The position numbers and the translations under genes were made by a program. From Natronospirales bacterium (GTDB taxonomy: Bacteria > Pseudomonadota > Gammaproteobacteria > Natronospirales > REEB76), in NCBI GenBank assembly GCA_018971605.1, contig JAGXAL010000001.1, positions 17,622-81,621 on the forward strand: a stretch of DNA of 64,000 bases. Reading direction: 5' to 3'. Positions 9,427 to 21,005 of the stretch are shown here, piece after piece. The notes beneath the pieces were generated by a model. It was not told the DNA's origin and did no database searches. It saw only the letters and a list, made by a program, of their open reading frames with translations. Within the stretch, counting starts at the first letter, position 1; each line of letters begins with the position of its first letter.

Positions 9427-11349
9427 TCAGGCCGACACTCCGTGACCTGCTACCTCGGCGGCAAGCTGTCGGGCAAAGTCCTCGATTTTGAGGCTGCCCA
9501 GATCCTTGCCCTCGCGGGTACGCACCGCCACGGAACCTGATTCCTGCTCCCGGTCGCCCGCCACCAAAAGGTAGGGAACGCGCTGGAGCGTGTGCTCGCG
9601 GATTTTAAGGCCGATCTTCTCGTTTCTCAAGTCGGATTCCACCCGAAGCCCCTGATTTTTCAGGGTTTCAGCTGTTTTTTGCACGTAATCGTCCTGCCGG
9701 CTGGTAATCGTCAATACCACAGCCTGTACCGGCGCCAACCAGGCCGGAAAACGCCCGGCATGGTGTTCGATAAGAATCCCCAGAAAGCGTTCCATGGAAC
9801 CCACGATGGCGCGATGCAACATCACCGGCACGTGCCGCGTGCCGTCCTCGCCTACGTATTCCGCTCCCAGCCGCCCCGGCATGGAAAAATCCACCTGCAT
9901 GGTGCCCACCTGCCAGGACCGGCCGATGGAGTCCTGCATGTGGTACTCGATCTTGGGACCGTAGAAGGCCCCTTCTCCGGGCAATTCCTGCCACGCGACA
10001 CCACAGGCACGCAGTGCCTGACGCAGCGCCGACTCGGCCTTGTCCCAGACAGCGTCGGAACCGATGCGCTTGTCGGCGCTCGGCCGCAAAGCGAGTTTCA
10101 CGCCGATGGCGTGGAAACCGAAATCTGTATACACCTGCATGGCCTGACGGTGAAAGGCGACGACTTCGCTTTCGATCTGGTCCTCGGTGCAGAAGATATG
10201 CCCGTCGTCCTGCACGAAGCCGCGCACCCGCATCAAGCCGTGCAGCGCGCCGGAGGGCTCGTTGCGGATGCACGCGCCGAACTCGCCGTAGCGGATCGGC
10301 AACTCGCGATAGCTGTGAAGCCCATGGTTATAAGTCAGGACGTGGCCAGGGCAATTCATTGGCTTGAGCGCGTAATCGCGGTTTTCCGATGCCGTGGTGA
10401 ACATGCTTTCGCGGTAGTTCTGCCAATGGCCGGTTTTTTCCCACAGACTCTTGTCCAGAATCTGCGGGCAGCGGACTTCCTGGTAACCACTGCGGCGATA
10501 CACTCCGCGCAGGTACTGCTCCAGCACCTGCCACAGGGTCCAGCCCTTGGCGTGCCAGAACACCAGCCCCGGCGCTTCTTCCTGCATGTGAAACAAATCC
10601 AGTTCGCGTCCAATCCGGCGGTGGTCGCGCTTTTCGGCTTCTTGCAGTCTTGTCAGATATTCCTGCAACGATTTTTTGTCCGCCCAGGCGGTGCCGTAAA
10701 TGCGCTGCAGCATTACGTTCTTCGAATCACCGCGCCAGTACGCACCGGCCACTTTGGTCAAATGAAAAGCCTTGAGCCTGCCGGTGGAGGGCACGTGCGG
10801 ACCACGACACAAGTCAATAAAATCGCCCTGCCGATATAACGAGATTTCCTGGTTCGCAGGGATGCTCGCGATGATTTCCGCTTTGTAGTTCTCCCCCATG
10901 TTGCGGAAGAATTTTACGGCCTCATCACGCGGCATCACGCTGCGGCTTACCGGTTCGTCCTTGGCTGCGAGTTCCTGCATGCGTTTCTCGATAGCCGCGA
11001 GGTCCTCTGCGGTGAACGGCCGCTTGTAGGCAAAGTCGTAATAAAAGCCATCCTCGATCACCGGACCGATGGTGACCTGGGCATCGGGGAACAATTGCTT
11101 GACCGCCTGCGCCAGCAGGTGCGCGGTGGAATGGCGGATGATCTCCAGCCCTTCCGCATGCTTGTCGGTCACGATCGTGAGCGCAGCGTCCTGTGTGATG
11201 GTCCGCGAAGTGTCCAGCAGCTTGCCGTCCAGCTTGGCGGCGAGCGCCGCCTTGGCCAGACCCGGGCCGATGCTGGCCGCCACTTGGGCGACCGTCACCG
11301 GATTGTCGAACTGCTTCGTGGAGCCGTCGGGGAGTGTGATCGTGGGCAT
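9427..11349 (-). CDS. thrS: threonine--tRNA ligase
   Basis: 640 aa. [10 protein letters not shown]... TGS, editing and class II catalytic regions. Located upstream of infC. Confidence 0.97.
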   Translation of the reverse strand: MPTITLPDGSTKQFDNPVTVAQVAASIGPGLAKAALAAKLDGKLLDTSRTITQDAALTIVTDKHAEGLEIIRHSTAHLLAQAVKQLFPDAQVTIGPVIEDGFYYDFAYKRPFTAEDLAAIEKRMQELAAKDEPVSRSVMPRDEAVKFFRNMGENYKAEIIASIPANQEISLYRQGDFIDLCRGPHVPSTGRLKAFHLTKVAGAYWRGDSKNVMLQRIYGTAWADKKSLQEYLTRLQEAEKRDHRRIGRELDLFHMQEEAPGLVFWHAKGWTLWQVLEQYLRGVYRRSGYQEVRCPQILDKSLWEKTGHWQNYRESMFTTASENRDYALKPMNCPGHVLTYNHGLHSYRELPIRYGEFGACIRNEPSGALHGLMRVRGFVQDDGHIFCTEDQIESEVVAFHRQAMQVYTDFGFHAIGVKLALRPSADKRIGSDAVWDKAESALRQALRACGVAWQELPGEGAFYGPKIEYHMQDSIGRSWQVGTMQVDFSMPGRLGAEYVGEDGTRHVPVMLHRAIVGSMERFLGILIEHHAGRFPAWLAPVQAVVLTITSRQDDYVQKTAETLKNQGLRVESDLRNEKIGLKIREHTLQRVPYLLVAGDREQESGSVAVRTREGKDLGSLKIEDFARQLAAEVAGHGVSA

Positions 11350-11367
11350 GGGACTTTCCTTACAGTG

Positions 11368-11388
11368 GCGGCCTGTACGAGGGGCCGC
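11368..11388 (-). promoter_or_regulatory. thrS leader hairpin with a tRNA-Thr anticodon-loop-like sequence
   Basis: mRNA sense GCGGCC-C(CUCGUAC)A-GGCCGC, followed by CACUGUAAGGAAAGUCCC-AUG. Confidence 0.5.
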
Positions 11389-11426
11389 ATGTTTCGGGTG
11401 TGGTTCGCTACTCGTCTATATACATA

Positions 11427-11503
11427 TGGTAGGCGCGATTGGACTCGAACCAACGACCCCCACCATGTCAAGGTGGTGCTCTAACCAGCTGAGCTACGCG
11501 CCT
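11427..11503 (-). tRNA. tRNA-Val (anticodon GAC)
   Basis: 77 nt. AGGCGCG/CGCGCCT acceptor, GCTC...GAGC D-arm, CCACC-UUGACAU-GGTGG anticodon arm, GTTGG-TTCGAGT-CCAAT T-arm, A-CCA end. Confidence 0.95.
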
Positions 11504-11547
11504 GCGGGCTGCAAACGATACCGGAACCCGTGCAAACGGGCAAGGTT

Positions 11548-13581
11548 TCAGCCGGTTTTGACTGGCGGCAGACCCATATCAATTTCCTGGATGCGGCGGA
11601 TTTCATCGCGCAAGCGTGCGGCTTCCTCGAATTCAAGTTCGCGGGCGTGCTTGTACATGCGCTGCTCGAGCTGCTTGATGAGTTTCAGGCGCTTCTCCGG
11701 CGACATGACTGCGTATCGGGCGCCGTCTTCTGCGACCCTGAGATAAGTCACCCGGTTGCTGCCGGCCGCGCTGCTGCGCGCGCCTTCCATGACATCGGCG
11801 ACGGCTTTGCGAATGCCCTGCGGCGTGATGCCGTGCAGCGCGTTGAAGGCCATCTGCTTGGCGCGGCGGCGGTTGGTTTCGTCCAGGGCACGCCGCATGG
11901 ATCCGGTGATCTGCTCAGCGTAAAGAATCGCTTTGCCGTGCACGTTGCGTGCCGCGCGTCCGATGGTCTGGATAAGCGAGCCTTCGGAGCGCAGGAAACC
12001 TTCCTTGTCGGCGTCCAGGATGGCCACCAGCGAGACCTCCGGCAGGTCCAGTCCCTCGCGCAGGAGATTGATGCCGACCAGCACGTCGAACGCGCCGAGC
12101 CGCAAATCGCGGATGATTTCGGTGCGTTCCACGGTTTCGATGTCGGAGTGCAGATAGCGCACGCGCACCGAATGCTCAGCAAAATACTCAGTCAGATCCT
12201 CGGCCATGCGTTTGGTGAGCGTCGTGGCCAGCACGCGCTCGTTGCGTACAGCGCGCGCGCGGACCTCCGACATCAGGTCGTCTACCTGGCTGCGCGCCGG
12301 ACGCACTTCGACTTCCGGGTCCACCAGCCCCGTGGGCCGCACCACCTGCTCGACCGTCTGATCGGAGTGTTGTTTCTCGTACGGACCGGGCGTCGCCGAT
12401 ACATAGATGCGCTGCGGCGCGCGCGCTTTCCATTCCTCGAAGCGCAGCGGCCGGTTGTCCAGCGCCGACGGCAGGCGGAAGCCGTATTCCACCAGGGTTT
12501 CCTTGCGCGAGCGGTCGCCGCGGTACATGCCGCCGAGCTGCGGAATAGTCACGTGGCTCTCGTCCACGACCAGCAGCGCATCGGGCGGCAGGTAATCAAA
12601 CAGCGTGGGCGGCGGCTCGCCGGCCTGCCGTCCCGAGAGATGCCGTGAGTAGTTCTCGATGCCGCTGCAGTAACCGACCTCGGCCATCATCTCCAAGTCA
12701 AACAGCGTGCGCTGTTCCAGGCGCTGGGCCTCGACCAGCTTGTTCAAGCGGCGCAGTTCGGCCAGCCGCTGCTTGAGTTCCAGCTTGATGTTTTCCACGG
12801 CCGTCAACACCTTGCCCCGAGGCGTCACATAATGGCTTGACGGATAAACCGTGTAGCGCGGCAGGCTGCGTTCCATGGCGCCGGTCAGGGGATCAAACAG
12901 GCGCAAAGATTCCACCTCGTCGTCGAGCAGCTCGACCCGCAACGCATCGCGCTCGGACTCGGCTGGAAATATATCGATGATCTCGCCGCGCACCCGGTAG
13001 CTGCCGGGCACCAGCTCCAGTTCATTGCGCGTGTACTGCATCTCGGCCAGTCGCCGCAGCATCTGGCGTTGTTCAATGCGCTCGCCGCGCGACAGGTGCA
13101 GCACCATGCTCAGATAGGATTCCGGATCGCCCAAGCCGTAAATCGCGGACACCGTCGCGACAATCACCGTATCGTGCCGCTCGAGCAGCGCCTTGGTGGC
13201 CGACAGGCGCATCTGCTCGATGTGCTCGTTGATGGAGGCGTCTTTCTCTATATAGGTATCGCTGGAAGGCACGTAGGCTTCCGGCTGGTAATAGTCGTAA
13301 TAGGAAACGAAATATTCCACGGCATTGTAGGGAAAGAAGCCCTTGAACTCACCGTACAGCTGGGCGGCGAGTGTCTTGTTGGGCGCGAGCACCAGCGTCG
13401 GGCGTTGCAGGTTCTGGATCACGTTGGCCACGGAAAAAGTCTTGCCGGAACCGGTCACGCCGAGCAAGGTTTGCTGCGCCAAACCATCGCGCAGGCCGCG
13501 CGTCAACTTGGCAATCGCCTCGGGTTGGTCGCCGGCCGGCGCATACTCGGCCGCCAGCTTGAAATGCAGGTCATCCTTCAT
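11548..13581 (-). CDS. uvrB: excinuclease ABC subunit B
   Basis: GVTGSGKT Walker A, helicase motifs and C-terminal UVR domain ([13 protein letters not shown]). Start taken at MKDDLHFKL (13581). The ORF track extends 17 codons further. Confidence 0.96.
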   Translation of the reverse strand: MKDDLHFKLAAEYAPAGDQPEAIAKLTRGLRDGLAQQTLLGVTGSGKTFSVANVIQNLQRPTLVLAPNKTLAAQLYGEFKGFFPYNAVEYFVSYYDYYQPEAYVPSSDTYIEKDASINEHIEQMRLSATKALLERHDTVIVATVSAIYGLGDPESYLSMVLHLSRGERIEQRQMLRRLAEMQYTRNELELVPGSYRVRGEIIDIFPAESERDALRVELLDDEVESLRLFDPLTGAMERSLPRYTVYPSSHYVTPRGKVLTAVENIKLELKQRLAELRRLNKLVEAQRLEQRTLFDLEMMAEVGYCSGIENYSRHLSGRQAGEPPPTLFDYLPPDALLVVDESHVTIPQLGGMYRGDRSRKETLVEYGFRLPSALDNRPLRFEEWKARAPQRIYVSATPGPYEKQHSDQTVEQVVRPTGLVDPEVEVRPARSQVDDLMSEVRARAVRNERVLATTLTKRMAEDLTEYFAEHSVRVRYLHSDIETVERTEIIRDLRLGAFDVLVGINLLREGLDLPEVSLVAILDADKEGFLRSEGSLIQTIGRAARNVHGKAILYAEQITGSMRRALDETNRRRAKQMAFNALHGITPQGIRKAVADVMEGARSSAAGSNRVTYLRVAEDGARYAVMSPEKRLKLIKQLEQRMYKHARELEFEEAARLRDEIRRIQEIDMGLPPVKTG

Positions 13582-13630
13582 TGGTAATTTTCCATATGCG
13601 TGTTTATGATGATAGCGCCATCCGCCGGTC

Positions 13631-14842
13631 ATGGAGCCCGATTTGAATACCGCCGCTGCGCTCGCCGAGCGCGTTCAGCGTCTGCAAGCTTCCCCCACGC
13701 TTGCCGTGACTGCGCGTGCCGCGGAATTGCAAGCCCAGGGCCGCGACATTATCGGACTCGGAGCGGGCGAACCCGACTTCGACACGCCCGAACATATAAA
13801 AGAAGCAGCCATCCGTGCGATACGCGCGGGCCAGACCAAGTACACCGCGGTGGGCGGCACGCCGGCACTGAAGCGCGCCGTGATGGAAAAATTTCGCCGC
13901 GAAAACGGCCTGGCATACCAGGCGAACCAGATACTGGTTTCCTGTGGCGGCAAACAAAGCTTTTTCAATCTTTGCCAGGCCCTGCTCAATCATGGCGATG
14001 AGGCGGTGATACCGGCGCCTTATTGGGTCAGTTATCCCGAAATCGTGGCCATCACCGGGGCCACACCGGTGATGCCTTATGCGGGTCCGGAACAGCATTT
14101 CAAACTCAGCGCCGCGCAGCTGGAGCGCGCCCTCACCCGGCGCACGCGGCTCTTGGTAATCAACAGCCCCTCCAATCCCACCGGCATGCTGTACAGCCGT
14201 GCCGAGTTGGCCGCCTTCGGCGAGGTGTTGCGCCGTCATCCGCAGGTGTTCATCGCGACCGACGACATGTACGAACACCTGCTGTGGCAGGGTGGGCCGT
14301 TCTGCAACATCCTGGCGGTGTGCCCCGACCTTTACGATCGTACCCTGGTATTGAACGGCGTTTCCAAGGCGTATGCCATGACTGGCTGGCGTATCGGCTA
14401 CGCCGGCGGCCCCGCATGGCTGATCGCCGCCATGACCAATGTGCAATCACAAAGCACCTCCAACCCGGCTTCCATATCGCAGGCCGCTGCGGAAGCGGCG
14501 TTGACCGGTGATCAGCGCTGCGTCGGTGAAATGTGCCGGGCATATCAGGAGCGCCACGCCTTCGTGTACCAGCGGCTGAGCGGCATGCACGGTGTGCGCG
14601 TGTTGCCGGTGGACGGCACTTTCTATTCCTTCCCGGATCTGTCCGCGGTCATCGTCCGGCTCAAGCTCGCGGATGACAACGCGCTCGCGGAGCGGCTGCT
14701 GAACGACGCCGGTATCGCCTTGGTCGCTGGCAGCGCTTTCGGAGCACCCGGCCATTTGCGGCTGTCCTGCGCCACCAGCATGGCGAATCTCGAAGCTGCC
14801 ATGAGCCGGCTGGAAGATTTTCTGCGCCAAGCGTTTGCTTGA
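13631..14842 (+). CDS. class I pyridoxal-phosphate aminotransferase (aspartate aminotransferase-like)
   Basis: 403 aa. [17 protein letters not shown] and PLP-lysine context [13 protein letters not shown]. Confidence 0.9.
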   Translation: MEPDLNTAAALAERVQRLQASPTLAVTARAAELQAQGRDIIGLGAGEPDFDTPEHIKEAAIRAIRAGQTKYTAVGGTPALKRAVMEKFRRENGLAYQANQILVSCGGKQSFFNLCQALLNHGDEAVIPAPYWVSYPEIVAITGATPVMPYAGPEQHFKLSAAQLERALTRRTRLLVINSPSNPTGMLYSRAELAAFGEVLRRHPQVFIATDDMYEHLLWQGGPFCNILAVCPDLYDRTLVLNGVSKAYAMTGWRIGYAGGPAWLIAAMTNVQSQSTSNPASISQAAAEAALTGDQRCVGEMCRAYQERHAFVYQRLSGMHGVRVLPVDGTFYSFPDLSAVIVRLKLADDNALAERLLNDAGIALVAGSAFGAPGHLRLSCATSMANLEAAMSRLEDFLRQAFA

Positions 14843-14904
14843 TGCAGTTTGCCGTTGACCCTCCGGGAAGGCTTCATTACCATATGCGGCCTTCCGTAAG
14901 CCGT

Positions 14905-14979
14905 TCCCCGGTAGCTCAGTGGTAGAGCGACGGACTGTTAATCCGTTGGTCGCTGGTTCGAGTCCGGCCCGGGGAGCCA
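14905..14979 (+). tRNA. tRNA-Asn (anticodon GUU)
   Basis: 75 nt. TCCCCGG/CCGGGGA acceptor, ACGGA-CUGUUAA-TCCGT anticodon arm, GCTGG-TTCGAGT-CCGGC T-arm, G-CCA end. Confidence 0.95.
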
Positions 14980-15034
14980 ATTCTCATATATCTTCCGGTT
15001 TGCCCGCTCTTGCCATCGACGGCCGCCCGGTGCG

Positions 15035-16006
15035 GTGCTCCCCATGACAGTGCACGCCAAAATCGCCGTGGTGGTGTTGAACTACAACTCCGCCACTTAC
15101 ACGCTGCGCTGCCTGAAATCGCTGCAGCAATGCACTGCTGATCGCGCCGCGGTCGCGGTCATCCTCGTGGACAACCATTCGGTTGCCGCTGACAGGCAGT
15201 TGCTGGAATCGTTGCCCCGGAACACGGCGACTTGCGTGTGGTCCGAGCGCAATCTCGGTTTTGCCGGCGGCATGATGCTGGGCGCGCACGCGCTGGCGGC
15301 GGACTATTACCTGTTTCTGAACAACGATTGTGAATTCCTGAACGACGTACTCGCCCTGCTCGCGGGGTTCATGGACACGCACCCGCAGGTCGCGCTTTGC
15401 GGCGCTCGCATGTTTGATGCCAAGGGGAAGCCGCGCTCCAGTTTCGGCTATTTCCCGTCACTGCCACTGGCGCTGTTTGGCAGCAGCGTGCTGCGCCTGT
15501 TCCACCCGCGGCGCTATCCCAGCAGGCGCAAGACGTATCGGCAGCCCGTCGAAGTCAGCGTGGTAACCGGAGCCGCCATGTTCGTGCGCGCGACGGTGCT
15601 GCAGGCTTTGGGCGGTCTGGACACTGGGTATTTCCTGTACTGCGAGGAAGAAGATTTTGCCTGGCGCATCCGCCAGGCTGGCTGGCAGGCTTATCACGTC
15701 CCCGAGGCCCAAATACGCCATGCGGGCGGCGCCAGTTCCAAAGCTCGCGGCTTGCCAACGGCTTTGCAACGCGAGTATTACATCAGCTTGTTTCGCTATC
15801 TGCGTAAGCACCACGGCCTGGCCTACGCGTTTGTCTTCCGTGTGCTGGTAGCTGCGAAGCTGCTGCGGCGCGTGCTCTTGGGCAGAGTGCCGTTCCGTCT
15901 GCTGCAGTTCGTATTGCGTGGCGCACCGATGAGTGAGAGCTTGCGGTATCGCCAGGAGTTGCAGGCGTCAGCGGCTGACCAGCTTCAATCCGATAATGCC
16001 GATTAA
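15035..16006 (+). CDS. family 2 glycosyltransferase
   Basis: 323 aa. [30 protein letters not shown]..., [11 protein letters not shown]. Start is uncertain: GTG 15035 or ATG 15044. Confidence 0.85.
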   Translation: MLPMTVHAKIAVVVLNYNSATYTLRCLKSLQQCTADRAAVAVILVDNHSVAADRQLLESLPRNTATCVWSERNLGFAGGMMLGAHALAADYYLFLNNDCEFLNDVLALLAGFMDTHPQVALCGARMFDAKGKPRSSFGYFPSLPLALFGSSVLRLFHPRRYPSRRKTYRQPVEVSVVTGAAMFVRATVLQALGGLDTGYFLYCEEEDFAWRIRQAGWQAYHVPEAQIRHAGGASSKARGLPTALQREYYISLFRYLRKHHGLAYAFVFRVLVAAKLLRRVLLGRVPFRLLQFVLRGAPMSESLRYRQELQASAADQLQSDNAD

Positions 16007-16303
16007 CACGAGCGCAATGCAGGCGAGCCGCAAGGCATTGGCGGAATCATCGAATAGCAATATTCCCAGCAGCACAGCACCTACCGTGCCGATCCCTGTC
16101 CACACCGCATAGGCAGTGCCGATGGGCAGACTGCGCGCGGCCAAGCCCAGCAAAGTCATGCTCACAATGACGGCCACCGCAGTCAGCAGCGACGGTATGA
16201 GTCGTGTGAAACCGTTGGTGTACTTGAGACCGACGACCCAAGCGACCTCGAACAGGCCCGCGAATATCAGCAGCAGCCAAGCGGCGGTGTTACTCAGTTG
16301 CAT
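15968..16303 (-). CDS. sugE: SMR-family exporter (SugE/Gdx type)
   Basis: 111 aa, four TM segments. [18 protein letters not shown]...[15 protein letters not shown]...LIGIIGLKL closely matches SugE. Confidence 0.9.
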   Translation of the reverse strand: MQLSNTAAWLLLIFAGLFEVAWVVGLKYTNGFTRLIPSLLTAVAVIVSMTLLGLAARSLPIGTAYAVWTGIGTVGAVLLGILLFDDSANALRLACIALVLIGIIGLKLVSR

Positions 16304-16324
16304 CGCGCCATTCCCGGAAAAAAG

Positions 16325-17227
16325 TCAGCGACGCGCGCCCTCGAGTGTCTTGGTAAGGGTGCGCAGATAGTCCCGGAAGGTATCGCCCAGTTCAGTGTGC
16401 TTCAATCCGTATTCGACCGTGGCCCGCAGATACCCGAGCTTGCTGCCGCAATCGTAGCGCACGCCCTGGAACTCGCAGGCATACGCGGGTTCTTCCGCGA
16501 GCAAAGCCTGAATGGCATCAGTCAGCTGGATTTCGCCGCCCGCACCCTTGCCGGTGCGCTTCAGACACTCGAAGATCCCCGGCGTCAGCAAGTAGCGCCC
16601 CACTACACCCAGGGTGGACGGCGCCTCGGCAGGCTTGGGTTTTTCCACGATGCCGCGGATCCGGTACAAGCGCGGTTCCAGGGTTTCCGGCGTGATGATG
16701 CCGTAACGCGGGGTTTCGGCACGCGCCACCTGCTCCACGCCGATGACGCTGCCCGGGTGACGCGCGTAGACATCGCGCATTTGCTGCAAGGCGGAACGGC
16801 CGCCGCCGCCATCGATCAAATCGTCGGCCAGCACCACGTAGAACGGCTCATTGCCGATCACGGGCTCCGCGCACAGCACCGCGTGACCCAGGCCCAGGGC
16901 TTCGGCCTGGCGGATATATACGCAGGTGACGCTGGACGGCACGATGTCTTGCACGAGTTCCAGTTGCGCCTGCTTGCCGCGCAAGGCCATCTCGGTTTCC
17001 AGTTCGTAGGCGCGGTCGAAGTGATCGGAAATTGCGCGCTTGGTGCGGCTGGTGACGAACACCAGCACTTCGGCACCGGCGGCCACGGCTTCTTCCACCG
17101 CGTACTGGATCAGCGGCTTGTCCACCACCGGCAGCATTTCCTTGGGGCTGGCCTTGGTCGCCGGCAGGAAACGCGTACCCAGGCCGGCGACCGGAAACAC
17201 GGCTTTGCGGATAGGGGTGGCTTTCAT
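16325..17227 (-). CDS. galU: UTP--glucose-1-phosphate uridylyltransferase
   Basis: [42 protein letters not shown]. Start at internal ATG 17227. The ORF track extends 31 codons upstream. Confidence 0.95.
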   Translation of the reverse strand: MKATPIRKAVFPVAGLGTRFLPATKASPKEMLPVVDKPLIQYAVEEAVAAGAEVLVFVTSRTKRAISDHFDRAYELETEMALRGKQAQLELVQDIVPSSVTCVYIRQAEALGLGHAVLCAEPVIGNEPFYVVLADDLIDGGGGRSALQQMRDVYARHPGSVIGVEQVARAETPRYGIITPETLEPRLYRIRGIVEKPKPAEAPSTLGVVGRYLLTPGIFECLKRTGKGAGGEIQLTDAIQALLAEEPAYACEFQGVRYDCGSKLGYLRATVEYGLKHTELGDTFRDYLRTLTKTLEGARR

Positions 17228-17276
17228 AGGGATGTGTTCCTCGTCATACGTTATGCGCGCGCATGGCAACCCGCGC

Positions 17277-18479
17277 TCACGCAGGGCTCGCTGCACTCGC
17301 CGCACTGAAGGTGATTTCATGGAACGGCACGATGCGGTTCCAGGCCTTGCAGCCCGGGCATTGCCAATACAGCGTCTTGCTGCGGAAACCGCATTCCTCG
17401 CAGCGGTAGCGCGGGCCGTTGCTCAACAGCTTGCGCACGGCAAGCTGCAAAGGCTCGAGATCGCTCACCGCCGCGACGCCCTGGCGTTCGGCGAAGGCCG
17501 CGAACATTTCATACAAACCGCGCAGGCTGGTTTCACTGCGCAGATAATCGGCGACGCAGCCGCGCGATACCGGGTCATCCAACTCCGGATCCATGATCGC
17601 CGCAATCGCGAGGTAACCCGGAGCTTTGGGATTGTCGCGGCGCAGCTTTTCGGTAACCGTTTCCAGCGACGCATGGCCATTGAGCTTGCGGGTCACGCGC
17701 GCCAATGCCGGCAACACTTCCGTGGCATAGCGGATCTCGCGCTCCAGCACACGCCCATAGTACTGGCGGCTGCGTTCCCACTGCTCCTCGGTCTCGGCGA
17801 TCTGTGCGAGCATCAGGTTGGCGCGTACGCACTGCGCATCCTGCGACTGCGCCCGCTTCAACAGCCGCTGTGCCGCCGCCAAGTTCTTGCCGGAGAGTGC
17901 GGCCTGGGCCATCTCGCAGTAATACTGGGCAATCGTCTCTTCCTGCGGCATGCCGCTCAGCTTCTGCAGGCGCCCGCGCATGGCAATCGCCTGCTCCCAG
18001 TCTTTTTGCTGTTCGTACAGCGATATCAAATTGCGCAGTGCCGCTTCGCTGTAACCCGGGGCATCCAGCAATTCCAGCAACAGGCTTTCGGCACGGTCCA
18101 GCAGGCCGGCGCGCAGATAATCCTGCGCCAGCTCAAACAGCGCCTGGCGGCGATATTCGCCGTTCAGATTCGGCCGCGCAATCAAGTTCTCGTGAATGCG
18201 AATGGCACGGTCCACCTCGCCGCGCTGGCGAAACAGGCTGCCCAGCGCGAAGTGCGTCTCGACGGTGTCCGAGTCCACTTGCGCGACGCGGATGAAGACT
18301 TCGAGCGCCTTGTCCGGCTGCTCGTTCAACAGGAAGTTCAGGCCGCGGAAATATTCCGTGCTTACGAAGCGAAACCGGGCGGTGTGTCGGTTGCGCAGCG
18401 TCCAATGTATGAGGATGGCGCCCAGCACCACGACGGCGATCGCCAGCAGGATGACGAGGGCGGCGGTGCTAGTGGTCAT
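17277..18479 (-). CDS. lapB: lipopolysaccharide assembly protein LapB (YciM)
   Basis: N-terminal TM, TPR repeats and C-terminal rubredoxin-like YRCEECGF...WQCPGCKAW. Follows lapA. Confidence 0.92.
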   Translation of the reverse strand: MTTSTAALVILLAIAVVVLGAILIHWTLRNRHTARFRFVSTEYFRGLNFLLNEQPDKALEVFIRVAQVDSDTVETHFALGSLFRQRGEVDRAIRIHENLIARPNLNGEYRRQALFELAQDYLRAGLLDRAESLLLELLDAPGYSEAALRNLISLYEQQKDWEQAIAMRGRLQKLSGMPQEETIAQYYCEMAQAALSGKNLAAAQRLLKRAQSQDAQCVRANLMLAQIAETEEQWERSRQYYGRVLEREIRYATEVLPALARVTRKLNGHASLETVTEKLRRDNPKAPGYLAIAAIMDPELDDPVSRGCVADYLRSETSLRGLYEMFAAFAERQGVAAVSDLEPLQLAVRKLLSNGPRYRCEECGFRSKTLYWQCPGCKAWNRIVPFHEITFSAASAASPA

Positions 18480-18762
18480 TCTTCTGGGGCAGATTGCGCA
18501 GATTGCGGATTTCCACTTCGGCATCGCGCACCGAGCGTTTCAGCCGCCAAGTCTCGCGCTTGAGGCGGAAAATGACCAGCAGGCTGCTCAGGATCCCCAG
18601 CAGCCAGCCGAGGATGGCCGCAGCCAGCAGCGCCGAGGACAAGTGCACCGTCAGGCTGCCGGCCAGGTAATCAATGGTCACGCTCGCGCCGTTGGCGTAG
18701 GCCAGCAGCAGCGCGAACGCGAAGATGCACAGCAGGATAATGACGGCGATCCAACGCAACAT
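18469..18762 (-). CDS. lapA: lipopolysaccharide assembly protein LapA (YciS, DUF1049)
   Basis: 97 aa. Two TM helices and a basic C-terminal tail. Positioned between ihfB and lapB. Confidence 0.85.
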   Translation of the reverse strand: MLRWIAVIILLCIFAFALLLAYANGASVTIDYLAGSLTVHLSSALLAAAILGWLLGILSSLLVIFRLKRETWRLKRSVRDAEVEIRNLRNLPQKNDH

Positions 18763-18812
18763 GACTGCCAGCTCCGTTCACATCGGGGGATGGTCATCCC
18801 CGGCCATCCGTG

Positions 18813-19103
18813 TCAGCCAGCGAGACTCTCGTTGACTCGGTCGCGCAAATCCTTGCCGGGTTTGAAGTGCGGCACATGCTTGCCGGGCAGGGCCACAGAA
18901 TCGCCGGTCTTGGGGTTGCGGCCCATGCGCGGCGGGCGAAAGTGCAGGGAAAAACTTCCAAACCCGCGGATTTCGATGCGCCGCCCGGTGGACAGCGCCA
19001 CGCTCATCTGCTCGAGGATCGTCTTGACGGCAAGCTCGATGTCCTTGCCGTGCAGATGGCTCTGCTTTCTGGAGATGATCTCGATGAGTTCGGATTTTGT
19101 CAT
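18813..19103 (-). CDS. ihfB: integration host factor beta subunit
   Basis: 96 aa. MTKSELIE...[25 protein letters not shown]. Confidence 0.96.
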   Translation of the reverse strand: MTKSELIEIISRKQSHLHGKDIELAVKTILEQMSVALSTGRRIEIRGFGSFSLHFRPPRMGRNPKTGDSVALPGKHVPHFKPGKDLRDRVNESLAG

Positions 19104-19222
19104 GGCTCAATCCCCCGGTTCGAGTGGCCCGCCTCACACGCTGCCCGACCCATGAGGCACCGGCAGGCACGTGGCCGCTACTCTCCGTCTGCAGCGGCAA
19201 GCACGCGCACGCGGTCCAGCAC

Positions 19223-20902
19223 TCACTCGGCCTTGTCTCCGCCGATATGCTGCTTGAGAACATCACCCAAGGTCGTGGTGCTGGACACCGCAGTGCGGCT
19301 GTAATCTTCCAGCGCCTGGGCTTCTTCTTCGATTTCCCGGGCCTTCACCGACAGGCTGATGCTGCGGTTCTTGCGGTCCACGCCCACGAAGCGTGATTCC
19401 ACCTCGTCGCCTTCCTTGAGCACGGTGCGCGCGTCTTCAACGCGGTCGCGTGACAGCTCCGAGGCGCGCAGATAACCCTCGATGCCATTGCCCAAGTCCA
19501 CCACCGCGCCTTTGGCGTCCACGCTGGTGACCTTGCCCTTGACGATGCTGCCCTTGGGATGATCGGCCAGGAAGTTCGAGAATGGATCTTTCTGCAACTG
19601 CTTGACGCCGAGGGAAATGCGTTCGCGCTGCGCGTCCACTGCCAGTACCACGGCTTCCACCTCGTCGCTCTTCTTGTAATTACGCACCGCTTCCTCGCCG
19701 GGAGTATCCCAGGCGATGTCGGAGAGATGCACCAAGCCGTCGATACCGCCTTCCAGCCCCACGAAGATGCCGAAATCGGTAATCGACTTGATCTTGCCGC
19801 GGATGCGGTCGCCCTTGTTGTGGCTCGCGGCAAAATCCTCCCAGGGATTCGGCTTGCATTGCTTCATGCCGAGCGAGATGCGGCGGCGCTCTGCGTCGAT
19901 CTCTAGCACCATAACCTCGGTCTCGTCGCCCACTTGCACGATCTTGGCGGGATTCACGTTCTTGTTGGTCCAGTCCATCTCCGAGACGTGCACCAGGCCT
20001 TCCACGCCCGGTTCCACTTCCACGAAGCAGCCGTAATCCGCGAGATTCGTGACCTTGCCGAACAGGCGCGTGCCCGCGGGATACCGACGGGTGATATCCA
20101 CCCAGGGATCGTCGCCCAGTTGCTTGAGCCCGAGCGATACGCGGTTGCGCTCGCGGTCGAACTTGAGCACCTTGACCTCGAGTTCCTGGCCTACGCTCAC
20201 TACTTCGGAGGGGTGCTTGACGCGCTTCCAGGCCATGTCGGTGATGTGCAGCAACCCGTCGATGCCGCCGAGATCCACGAAAGCGCCGTACTCGGTGAGG
20301 TTCTTGACGATGCCCTTGACCACCGCGCCTTCCTGCAGATTGCCGAGCAGCTGATCGCGCTCGGCGCTGTATTCCTGCTCGACCACCGCGCGTCGCGACA
20401 CCACCACGTTGTTGCGGCGCTGGTCCAGCTTGATGACCTTGAATTCGAGCTCTTTGCCTTCGAGATACACCGGATCGCGTACCGGGCGCACATCCACCAG
20501 CGAGCCCGGCAGGAACGCACGCACGCCATCCACTTCGACCGTGAAGCCGCCCTTGACCTTGCCGCTGATGAAACCCTTGACGATCTCGCCTTTGTTGAAG
20601 GCTTCCTCAAGCCGCGTCCAGGAACGCGCGCGCTTGGCTTTTTCGCGTGACAGCCGGGTTTCGCCGAAGCCGTCTTCGACGGCATCCAGCGCCACTTCCA
20701 CATCATCGCCCACGGCGATTTCCAATTCGCCACTCTCGTTCTTGAATTGTTCGGCGGGGATGACGCCTTCGGATTTCAGGCCGGCGTTGACGATGACTAC
20801 ATCGGGCCGGATTTCGACGACACGGGCCTTGAGAATGGCCCCGTTGCGCATCTGTTGCTGTTTGATGCTCTCTTCGAATAATTCAGCGAAAGACTCGGAC
20901 AT
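19223..20902 (-). CDS. rpsA: 30S ribosomal protein S1
   Basis: Six S1 repeats. Start at [12 protein letters not shown] (20902). The ORF track extends 24 codons upstream. Confidence 0.97.
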   Translation of the reverse strand: MSESFAELFEESIKQQQMRNGAILKARVVEIRPDVVIVNAGLKSEGVIPAEQFKNESGELEIAVGDDVEVALDAVEDGFGETRLSREKAKRARSWTRLEEAFNKGEIVKGFISGKVKGGFTVEVDGVRAFLPGSLVDVRPVRDPVYLEGKELEFKVIKLDQRRNNVVVSRRAVVEQEYSAERDQLLGNLQEGAVVKGIVKNLTEYGAFVDLGGIDGLLHITDMAWKRVKHPSEVVSVGQELEVKVLKFDRERNRVSLGLKQLGDDPWVDITRRYPAGTRLFGKVTNLADYGCFVEVEPGVEGLVHVSEMDWTNKNVNPAKIVQVGDETEVMVLEIDAERRRISLGMKQCKPNPWEDFAASHNKGDRIRGKIKSITDFGIFVGLEGGIDGLVHLSDIAWDTPGEEAVRNYKKSDEVEAVVLAVDAQRERISLGVKQLQKDPFSNFLADHPKGSIVKGKVTSVDAKGAVVDLGNGIEGYLRASELSRDRVEDARTVLKEGDEVESRFVGVDRKNRSISLSVKAREIEEEAQALEDYSRTAVSSTTTLGDVLKQHIGGDKAE

Positions 20903-21005
20903 TGTGGGTTGAATCCTGTTGATCCCCGTCGCCGGGGGCCGTTTTGGGTGGCCGCGCTTCCGTTCCCGGAGCACGCGGGTTGGTTGGACAAGGGGGCGGT
21001 GCGTC

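Noticed and set aside
11389-11426. AT-rich TATGTATATAG immediately after tRNA-Val, as a possible thrS promoter -10.
   Set aside because: The corresponding -35 would fall inside the tRNA T-arm and matches poorly (AGTCCA). Co-transcription with tRNA-Val is an equally good explanation.
13582-13630. Expected LexA (SOS) box in the uvrB/aminotransferase divergent region.
   Set aside because: The 49-bp spacer contains neither the CTGT-N8-ACAG motif nor a Xanthomonas-type TTAGTA...TACTAA palindrome. It has only AT-rich promoter-like sequence.
14865-14895. Hairpin CGGGAAGGC-n16-GCCTTCCG after the aminotransferase gene, as a possible terminator.
   Set aside because: The loop is large (16 nt), one arm has a bulge and no U-tract follows. 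It is not convincing as an intrinsic terminator.
16304-16324. Possible guanidine riboswitch upstream of sugE/gdx, a common association.
   Set aside because: Only 21 nt separate the sugE start from the galU stop, which leaves no room for any known guanidine riboswitch class. sugE is probably co-transcribed with galU.
14980-16324. Genomic islet integrated at tRNA-Asn (GT2 plus sugE).
   Set aside because: No integrase or recombinase is present and I spotted no repeat of the tRNA 3' end by eye. The GC content of both genes looks native.
18763-18812. GGGGAU-gacc-AUCCCC hairpin between ihfB and lapA.
   Set aside because: No U-tract follows it and nothing identifies a specific function. It may modulate ihfB-lapAB read-through, but the evidence is insufficient to call a feature.
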